A DNA stretch of 56,231 nt from Carpediemonas membranifera BICM (taxonomy: Eukaryota; Protista; Fornicata), in NCBI GenBank assembly GCA_019828565.1, contig JAHDYR010000055.1, positions 47,964 to 104,194 of the forward strand, in the 5' to 3' direction. The notes beneath the pieces are model-generated. The model was not told the origin of the DNA, made no database searches, and worked only from the letters and a program-made list of their open reading frames with translations. Both the position numbers and the translations under genes were made by a program. The stretch's first letter is position 1. Each line of letters begins with the position of its first letter. Below are positions 35,225 to 44,917 of the stretch, piece after piece.

Positions 35225-35570
35225 GGGCCCCGAAAACGCAAGAACCAGCGCAAGTAGAGCATTTCGGAATGAAATAGCTTACTTGCGCTGGTACTTCAGC
35301 GTTTTCGGGGCCCTTTGCCCATCTTTCGTCGTCTGATTTTTTTTCGTGCAGAATTCAAACGAGTGCCGCCTGGCAGAGGCTGAGCAGCGGAGCAAGGCCC
35401 CTGCGGCACCACTCGTCTGGCCCAGCTCCCGGGTATGCTCCAAAAAATTCAGGTGCAGATTTGGGAGCAGAAATGTCGACGAACCCCGAAAACGCCATAA
35501 CCGGCACCAGTGAGCGCATCTTCGTTGATGAAGCTCATTGGTGTTGGTATTATGGCGTTTTCGGGGTTCG
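35225..35570. repeat. Two long hairpins sharing CCCCGAAAACGC arms (35225-35313, 35480-35570)
   Basis: gggccccgaaaacgc...gcgttttcggggccc and cgaaccccgaaaacgccataa...ttatggcgttttcggggttcg. Confidence 0.8.
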
Positions 35571-35579
35571 ATACTGTAC

Positions 35580-35802
35580 TCCTCATCCCTGGCGCCTCAT
35601 CCCTGGCGCCTCATCCTGGCGCCTCATCTCTGGCGCCCTCATCCTGGCTCCTCATCCTGGCGCCTCATCTCTGGCGCCCTCATCCTGGCTCCTCATCCTG
35701 GCGCCTCATCTCTGGCGCCCTCATCCTGGCTCCTCATCCTGGCGCCTCATCCCTGGCGCCTCATCTCTGGCGCCCTCATCCTGGCGCCTCATCTCTGGCG
35801 CC
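35580..35802. repeat. Second minisatellite array (CTGGCGCCTCATC), inverted relative to the first; left part
   Basis: Continues at 43172-43329 beyond Gypsy-2b. Confidence 0.95.
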
Positions 35803-35945
35803 TGTTGTGGGTCCTACCCAAAGTTACACAGATTTACGTTATATTTAATAGTCAAGGAGTTTCTCCTCGACACCCTTGTGTCGAGTCTTCTCCTCAGTAA
35901 AAGTTCAACACCCATTGAACCACAGTACTAGTACTACCAAAACAT

Positions 35946-38900
35946 ATGGGTACGGAAACTTACAGAAGCCTGAAGAAGAATCCGCCTCTCCTGAAGAAGT
36001 CCTCCATGGACGCTCTTTTGGACTTTGCGGATAACCTCCACGATCATCGCGCCTTAGGCGGCCGCGATGATGTTATTGACCTCATCGAGCCTAGCATAGC
36101 AGAGCTAGCAGGCCTTAACGACGACGAAGAGGTTGAAGACACTCCTCTCCTGCTCTCCGCGAAGCTCCGTAAGAAACGTCGTGTCGCAGCCCAAGATGAA
36201 CGAGTCCTCAAGCGCCTCGGTGCTGCCCTTCGACCTTCTCGCCCGAGCATGCGTCTACAGCTCTTCCGAGTCCCCGTCAAGTCCTTCGAGCCTGATGAGG
36301 TTGCTCGAGTGAACCGCCGATTCAATCTGCTCTTGAAGCTCGTTCAACCCGAAGATCCCGAGGACGTCTTGAAGGAGACGTACAGCCGCTGCTTCAAGTT
36401 CCCCAACAACAGTCGCATCATGTATCGAGTCAGAGAATCAACGGAGCGCAAGGATCTCAAGGACGCAATGGCTGATGTCCTCGTCATGTCACGCGACCTC
36501 AAGGAGTCCAAGGAGATGATCGCTTCCTTCGGCGCTGCGGGGGTCTCCGACTCACAGCGTACCAACACCACGCCCTCCCATACACGGCACACAGGGAGCG
36601 GTCCGAAGAACCCTCATCGACGCGAGCCTGACCGCACGAACGTAGCCCCCTCAAAAGGCAAGCCGATCGACAAGCCCAAGCACGAGAAGAAGCCATTCGT
36701 GTGCTTCAACTGCGGTAAGGTCGGTCACTCCGCTCGCCGATGCCCTGCTCCGAAGACAACCTGTTCCAAGTGCCAGAAGCCGGGCCACCGAGCTGAATTC
36801 TGCCGTTCTGAGGTAAATTCAGCTCGTTGTGTGTTTTCTCTCGGTTCCCGTCAGAGTGTCCTCCCCTCCGTCAAGGCTAGCATTCTTAAGCAAGTCGTGT
36901 CCGTCCTGTTCGACTCGGGCGCTGACTGCGCAACCATTGACCCCAAGCTCTGCCACGGCAAGGCAGTGAAGTGGATCTCACACGAGAAGACACTTATCGA
37001 GACAGTGGGCGGCGTCAGAGAGGCCGATGGTCAGGTATCCTTCCGCCTCGTCTTAGCGCCCTCGCCATTCACTCCGCGCGGATGCTCTATCACTATTAAG
37101 GCCTACGTCCTGTCGACCGCTTTCGACGTATGCCTGGGTTACCCTCAGATGGTGGAGATCGGCCTTCTCCCTTCGTTGTCTGAGCCTACCAGCGAGCTCG
37201 CAGCCAGCGACGAACCACCTACATTCGAGAAGTACGTCGCGCAAGCCAGAGCCATGTCCTCTTCCTTTTCTCAGAGGCAGGCCGACATCCTCAAGCGTTA
37301 CGCCCGGACATTCGTGGACCGTACCGAGCCAAGCCGGCTCGAACCGTATGATTTGGTCCTCAAGGGCGACAGAGTCGTACACATTCGGCCGTACTATGTT
37401 CCCCCGCCGAAAGTCCCGATCATTCAAGAGCACATTAATACGCTCCTGGCAAAGCGCTACATCGAGGCATGCCAGTCTCAATACGCGAGCCCTACCATCA
37501 TAGTCCCAAAGAAGGGGGGAAAGACGCGTTTTGTCGTCGACTTCCGCGAGATCAATCAACTAACGGAACCATTCGACTACCCCATCCCTCGCATAGACGA
37601 AGTTCTCACTCAACTGTCCGGAAAGTCTGTGTTCGCTACCCTAGACTTGTCAGCAGGATACCATCAGATCCCTCTTACTGAACGGTGCCGTCACCTAACC
37701 GCCTTCCGTACTGTTTTTGGTCAATACCAATATACACGGATGCCCTTCGGCTTACGTAACGCCGGAGCGTACTTCCAGAGGGCGATGGAAGACGGGTTCA
37801 AGGGTCTGGTGGGCTCCGCCTGTGTCATATACATTGATGACATCATCGTCATGGGTGCGGATGAGGACGAGTACCTGGGAAACCTCGAAAAAGTCATGCA
37901 ACGCGTTGACAAGCTTAACCTTCAGCTCGGCCGAGATAAGTGCCAGTTCGGTCGGCAAGAGGTCGAGTTCCTCGGGTGGATCATATCCCAAGGCAGCGTG
38001 AAGATCTCACCCCAGCGGACCGAAGATATCGCGAACCTCAAGCTGTCTTCATCCACGAAGGGCATGCAGGGTCTCAACGGATTCCTCAACTATTTCCGCG
38101 ATTACATATCCAACTTCGCGGTCCGAGCTAAGCCTCTGCTAGACGCCATGTCCGGTCGGCAGACCCCCTCGAGACGTTCTTCAGAAGTCGCTGGACGATC
38201 TGAAACAAGCTTTATATTCGGCCGACGCTCTAGCCATGTTCGACGCGACTAAGCCTCACACTGTCATGACTGACGCATCCGATGTCGGGTACGGAGCAGT
38301 CTTACTCCAAGAGGGCCGACCAGTTTGCTATATGTCGCGTGCGTTCAACGACGTCCAGTCACGCTGGTGTACCGGTGAGAAAGAAGCCTACGCTATCGTG
38401 GCAGCGTTACAACGATGGCGCAAGTTCCTGTGCTGGGAGAGCTTTACTATTCTCACGGATCACCGGAACCTACTCTATATGTACCGGTCCACCAACGCCA
38501 AGGTCCGCCGGTGGGCTGATTCGATCGCCGATTTAGATTTCACCCTACAGCACATCGCCGGTCTGGACAACGGTGGAGCCGACGGTCTCTCGAGAGTATT
38601 CTCCATGCAACAGGCGTCGAGGGATCAGGTATCCCGCGCTCATCTCACAGCAGGAGCTCATCTGTCTCGCCGGATGACAACCGAGCAACTTAGGGCCGAC
38701 GGTTTGTCTGTCTCCCCGTCAAGTCGTAGACGACGTGATTACCGCGTGTCCAGAGTGCCAAGTCTTGGCCCGCCCTCCTGTTGATACGCCCGACGGCCTG
38801 CATACAGCTGTAGACCTCCCGTTCCGGCGTGTGGCCATTGACACCATGGGTCCGCTACCGACGGTCAACGGCCTGTCCTACGTGACAGTAATGATCGACA

Positions 38901-39883
38901 TGTGCTCCCGCTGGACAGAGCTAGTCCCGGTCAACAGCACCTCAGCCAAAGACGCAGCCAACGCATTGGTCAACACCTGGATTCTACGATACGGATGCCC
39001 CGAAGTCGTCCAATCGGATGGGGGCTCAGAGTTCAAAAACGCTCTGTTCAAACGCCTCTCCGAAGAGATGGGGTTCGACGTCCACATAACGACAGCATAC
39101 CATCCCCAGAGCAACGGTGTCGTCGAACGCGCGAACAAGGAGGTCGAACGCATCCTCAGAGCCAGGAAGCTGGAGTTAAGGAATAACGATTGGGTAGCAC
39201 ACCTACCAGTCGCCCAATTCTTGGTCAACTCAATGCCCAGGATCCCGACCCGGTTGACTCCGGCCGAGATCATGTTTGACGCCAACTTATCAATACCGTC
39301 ATCGATCTATATCACGGATGCCGCCTCGGCTGGTCCGCCACAGTCGAAGCTAGCCGCAGCCGATGCCGCCATCCAACTCGCCAAAGCAAGGATTAGAGCC
39401 ATGCGCGAAGACGCTCTCGCAAAGGCAACCTCATCGAGAAGCGAGATATTGAGCCGTTTCGTGCTGGTCAAATACTACCCAAGACCACCGAGCAAGCTAG
39501 CCCCGGGCTGGCGCGGCCCCATGAGGCGTGTCGCAGCCGTCAAACGTGATGGTGTTGTCGTCGCATATGAGGTCCAAGACCTCAGTCAGTCAGCGGACGG
39601 TCCAACTATCAAGGTAGACGCGGCACGTGTGCGAAAATTTGACCCAGGCAAGCTCTCGGAGCAACAGATCTATGACCTCGCAGCCGCTTCCGTCGATGAG
39701 TGGCATGTCGAGCGCATCTCACGCTCTAGAGGCTCGGGCCCCAAGTCAAGGCGCGAGTACCTCGTACACTGGGTCGGATTCGAGGATTCAGAGGCTTCAT
39801 TCGAACCTTATTCGCACGTCAAAGATTTGGAAGCCCTCGATACATATTTGAAGTCTGACCAAGCCAAGCGTGACGGTCTGTAA
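35946..39883 (+). CDS. Gypsy-2b gag-pol (frameshifts near 38165 and 38715)
   Basis: Same domains as 14058-17993. Confidence 0.93.
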
Positions 39884-40266
39884 AACTTCTCAACATCGAA
39901 GCTGTATCCTCGAGGAACAAACGATTTATTCAGAGCTAGATTCCTCGTCTTCCGTCTCCTCCGTGTCCGTCAGCTCGACCAACCAAGTCGGGTCAGCGTG
40001 GCGCTCAAGGGCGTTCTCAGCCAAGTACTCTCGCACACACCGGACAAGGCAGAGATCAGCGTTGAGGGACACGATGCTGAGTCCCGAGTATCCGTCATAC
40101 TGCAGGATCAACACAAAAGACCCGGGACCACAAGTCGTCTTCAGATACTCGTGACGGACTACGCACGTGACAGTGTAGTAGCGGTCCGGATCAGAGACCT
40201 GAAGCGGCTCCCAGTGAGCCTCATCGCCAATGGCGGGCAGGTAGCCGTCGTGGCACAAGCGGCTGA

Positions 40267-41686
40267 TGTGCCATTGTTGGCTTGCGCAGGTAGATCTGTT
40301 TACATAAACTGCACTGGCTCTCACTTCCCTCCTCAAGGCGAAGCTAGCCAGCTAACGGCGGCCATTGCCCCGGAACTTCCGCTTGTAACGTGCGAAGAGG
40401 GGCGTGAGACCTGGGTTGAGGCGTAGGTAGTCATCCAGGGCGGCGAGGCGGTCGTAATATGCGTTATACGGAATGTACGAGTCCTCGGAGTCTTCTAGGC
40501 CTTCCCAGTGGACGAGGAGCTCGAGGCGTCGGTTGCGCTCGCGGTGGCCGACGATGGCGGAGACTTGTTGTTCGTCTTGTTCGTCACGGCATAGGCCTGC
40601 CAGGGGACGACGATCTGGCCGAGATGGTCGGTCTCGAGGGTCGAGAGGGCGTCTATGCAGTCGCGGGCGGGACGCCAGTTGCCGTCCGAATCCCGCTCGA
40701 TCAGCGCCTCGTATAGCGGGATCGCGTCGTCGTCGTATCCCTTGAGGGCGACAGACCGGACCGCAGCGCGGAGGGCGCTGTCGGGGATCTTATGGTAGCC
40801 ATCGGCCTCGACGACGGGGTTGTACCCGTCGCACGCCTTCTGCAGGCGCAGAGTGTTAAGGCGGTGGGCCGCGTTCTGGCCGTACAGTTGGGTGCCCTTG
40901 CTCGTGATGGCCTTGAGGCGTGCACCGCGGTCGAGTGTTGGCATCAGGGTAAGGTACAGGTGAGGCAGGATGGTCCTGGCCTCGGCGCGAAGCTGGTCAC
41001 GCACGGACACGGGGGCGGAGGGGGCGGCCGTTGCCGCTGACGGGAGAGAGTTGACGATTCTCGCGACATCCGCGGCCGATCGGGCCGGTTTGTCGTCCAG
41101 GGGGTTCGTTAGCGTCGCGAAGGTGAGGGTCGCATCCGGGTCCGCCTCGTGGCGGTCGTGGCTGGCCGTGCAGAGGCTGGCGAGCTTATCGTTCAGCTTG
41201 GCCTCGGCGCGGTCGTAAACAGCCTGCATCCGGCGCATCGCCGGGTCGAGAAGCGGGCTGTCCTTATAGGTGTTGGCGGCTGCAGCACAGAGCAAGAAGA
41301 GATCGTCCTGCAGAGCGTCGATGATCGCGCGGTATCTTGCGCGGCACGACGTGGCGTGTCTGTCAGGTTCTTGCTTGGCGTGTTGTGCCTGCGAGACCAC
41401 GTCAGGGATAAGGGAGTCCCAGAACGACTCGAAGGTCGGGAACGTGGAGGTGGGCCGCCATGTGGCTTGTAGAAGCTCGAGGGTCTTTGCCGTGAATGCG
41501 TGGGGGAAAGAACGGGGTCTTTTGACGTTACCGACTTCCCGTAACCAGATCTCGTACCCCGTTGTGAGGGAAGAGACGTCTATCACGGATAGACCACTGT
41601 GTGATTCTGTAGAAGCAGAATATCGATATTGTGCCATTGTTGGCTTGCGCAGGTAGATCTGTTTACATAAACTGCACTGGCTCTCA
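40267..41686 (-). mobile_element. Non-autonomous mini LTR element (TRIM/TR-GAG-like, 1420 bp)
   Basis: Identical 57-bp LTRs 40267-40323 and 41630-41686; TSD CTGA; PPT GGAGGGAAG; absent from Gypsy-2a. Confidence 0.95.
40352..41637 (-). CDS. Gag-like protein followed, in the -1 frame from about 40600, by a chromodomain
   Basis: ORF from an ATG in the LTR (41637) to 40495; shifted frame reads QVSAIVGHRERNRRLELLVHWEGLEDSEDSYIPYNAYYDRLAALDDYL. Confidence 0.7.
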
Positions 41687-43171
41687 CTGACCAGGGTTGC
41701 CCAGAAGTCGTTGGGAGCCGGGATGCGCCGGCTGATGCCGTAGACAGCGACACGGAAGTAGTCCGGTGCGAGGACGAGGACCAACAGGCGGTTAAGATAT
41801 CCGCGCGCTGTAGTGTCCGACTTGACCCCGCCGGCAGTCCGCACAGCCGCCACGAGAGCTGCAGAGTAGTGACCATTACCGGGTGAAGACCCACCCAGCG
41901 TGATGTCGCGGCCCCGGATCGCGGCCGACACGATGTCGCCATCGGTCAAGCGCTTCCTGCCGAGCTTGAGGTGGGCCCTCACACCGGCAAGCGCGACCTG
42001 GCAGTGAGCCACGAGAGCCAAGACCTGCTGGGTCAGCTTCACGTCCTGCACTACGGCTGCGTCGTTCAGACGACCTTGCTCAATAGCGTCAAAGATTCGC
42101 TGGAGCGGCAGCTCGATGGAGTTGGTGTAACCTTCCAGGCGTCGGGCAACCTCGGCCTTGATGTCGTGGGGCATCAGAGTCGTCATCGTCAGGGTGCGAG
42201 TGATGCGTTCTGAGGCTTGCACGCGGTGACTATATAACCTCACGGTTGATGTTTGTTACTTACAGATTGTCGGTGACCATGCGCTTGCGTCCACGATACT
42301 TCTGAGCGCGAAGGGAACGACAAACGGACGTATGGGCAACAATAAGTGGCCTAGCCAGATCGTCATCACCAAGTTCGGTGATTTTGGCACGAATTTCCTT
42401 CAGAACGGCCTCTACGGCTGTGTTGTCCGACATCAAATGAGTTGACGGCGACATATCCTGCACTTTTCTCGGAAACGGTCGAAGGAACAACTAACAAGGT
42501 CATCTTAGTCTTCAAGCATGCATTTATTGTCGGTAATAAGGCATTAGGAGCTTCCTAGTGCTCCTTCCGGTCAGTTTGATGTTGTTATTCAAGTACAGTT
42601 GGACGCAGAAAATTAGAAGCCTCAGAACTCCTCAACGGAGCCGAATTGGAGCTTCAAAGTACGTTTTTCGGCGTCTGTGTGATTATGAGCGATAAGGGCT
42701 CAGCATTGGCAGTGTTTGCTAGAGCAATCGTTCTTGGCCTTCGAATTACATGGAATGGCATATAACACGTATAAGGTTTGTGAAGACGGCCTAGGAAGGC
42801 CGTGGAGGGGCAGTGGTAAGCCTCTCCGTCACGTTTCACCATTTTTGAAACAGAGCTCACATAGCGGTACCGCAGTTAGATCATGATACCATCATTTTGA
42901 TTTCGTTCAGCTAGATGCGAAAGCACTCAGGCCATGGGGTTGCCAGCCCTATGAGTCACCGTTGGCGGTCGGGTGGCACCGTCCAGGCCTTTGGTGAAAT
43001 GCTGACGTCAAGTCTCTCTGTCATGCCTATACCAGGCATGGAGGGGCAGTGTTGTGGGTCCTACCCAAAGTTACACAGATTTACGTTATATTTAATAGTC
43101 AAGGAGTTTCTCCTCGACACCCTTGTGTCGAGTCTTCTCCTCAGTAAAAGTTCAACACCCATTGAACCACA

Positions 43172-43329
43172 CGCCTCATCCCTGGCGCCTCATCCTGGCG
43201 CCTCATCCTGGCGCCTCATCCCTGGCGCCTCATCTCTGGCGCCCTCATCCTGGCTCCTCATCCTGGCGCCTCATCCCTGGCGCCTCATCCTGGCGCCTCA
43301 TCCCTGGCGCCTCATCTCTGGCGCCCTCA
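43172..43329. repeat. Second minisatellite array, right part
   Basis: Tandem CTGGCGCCTCATC variants. Confidence 0.95.
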
Positions 43330-44794
43330 ACAGCAAGTTCCATCATCCACATCACTCCCTAACAACATCAACGACTCGCCTACCACCGACAGCGATGGCG
43401 AAGTCTGCGTTGATGTCGCCAGTGCCAACCCAGCTGGCATACGCGTCGCAATGAATGTAAATGTTTACGTGTTCTCTTCGTCCCTTCTATCGTCCAGGAT
43501 CTGCTTTCAGACGTCCATGAGCGATCATCCCTTATCCTGCGGAGCAGCCCAACATCAGCTCCAGCGGTTCAGAGCATGCGTACAATGCTTCCGGGGCATG
43601 TAGAGTGATCGTGTAGGAGCTTTATGACGATTCCAGGACGTGGAGTTCAGGAATACGTCCGTATTACCCAGCAAATTTCATCATCTCCATTATTGCTGCA
43701 GTATTCAAAGTAAACGCGAACAACACGATCTATCTCCATTCATTGGCGCCTCGAGGAGCGCTTCAGTCCCTCTAGAGCGTGCTTCAGCAGCATTTCGATC
43801 GAGATAAAAAATCACCCGAATTCTAGCTCTGTTCTGGCTGCTGCAGGCACCGCTGGGCGCAATAGAGCTCGGAGCGGCGTTGTCTGCCAAGAATACCTAC
43901 TTGCTTCCGGTGAAAATTGAACCCACGATCAGGGGGCTGTGTACAAAGTCTCTTCCCTCTATGCCACGACTTATGGGAAATCCGCCCTTATTAAGCTTCC
44001 TACAGGGAATATAGGCCATTTTGGAGGTATGAGCGACCGGGAGGGGGAGATTGGGGGACATTTATGGTATGGCTGGACTCTACTCGGGCAGACTATTATA
44101 ACGAGGCTCAGACCAGACCTCTACGGCCGCTATACGAGGAGAAAAGAGCAAAGCAGCGCGCTAGCGGCCCATGGCCGCAGCAGCGCCCAGTCAAGCTCAG
44201 CTATAGGGTCACCTGGGGCCCCAAATGACGTGCTGATCAGGTCGACTCCCATCTATTGACTTGGTAATTGCAGAGGGCGTCTGAACGCGATGTCCTAATA
44301 ACCGACTTGGTCGGAGCAGTTCGGCGATGACTACGTTGTATTCCACGCCTTCTTCTGATGCCGAAACATGCAGTCCTTTAGAGTCAACGCGCGTCCTGTC
44401 CGTCAGGCGAAGGGCATTCAGCAGAGGCATTGCTGCGGTCTGCAGACCGCCCTAGCGCTTCAGGATGGCCAACTGCATGATCTGGACCCATGTCTATCAA
44501 ATCCATTTTGATCACATCAAACGTGTGTCAAATCCGGCAAATCGATTTTGCGATTAAAAAAGGGGCAGAGGGGAGGAAGCGACCCATAAGGCGTACTTAT
44601 GGACCATTTCCTCCCCCCTGCCCGTTTGTTGAGTCTCAACTCTCAATTCGAATTTGTCCCTATGTTACTTTTTTCTAGCAGGATTTAAAGTTTGATACTG
44701 CGCATGCGTATTGCTTAGGTATAGCCAAGTACTACCATACCACTTTGAAGATCCAGCTCCGTCTCATCGTCGAGTTCATTTTTTCTTGCAACCG

Positions 44795-44864
44795 TAGATT
44801 ATCTAGCTTTTTGAGGTCGAAGATAATCTAGGGTTTAGCAAAGATAATCTAGGGATGTTGACAG
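44795..44864. repeat. Orphan TIR-like end related to the 23656-24400 MITE
   Basis: Three AGATAATCTA/TAGATTATCT motifs ending in ...ACAG|TA like the MITE end. Confidence 0.55.
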
Positions 44865-44917
44865 TATGAGAGACAGGCGTCATAGAGCAAGTGAATCCCT
44901 CTTCCCTGCGACACCGC

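Larger units (their letters stand above)
39926..42433 (-). pseudogene. Gypsy-2b antisense accessory gene (predicted intron 42230-42263), interrupted by the mini-LTR element
   Basis: Matches 18036-19121 once 40267-41690 is removed. Confidence 0.75.
35803..43171 (+). mobile_element. Gypsy-2 copy b
   Basis: Identical 122-bp LTRs 35803-35924 and 43050-43171; TSD CGCC; nearly identical to copy a. Confidence 0.97.

Noticed and set aside
40495-42243. 582-aa ORF as a native single gene or env
   Set aside because: It is a chimera of the antisense gene and the inserted mini-element; no signal peptide or transmembrane segment
29988-43329. A single Foldback element bounded by the two inverted arrays
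   Set aside because: Its span would cross rather than nest with the 28692-32938 TIR element, and no TSD or matching outer ends were seen
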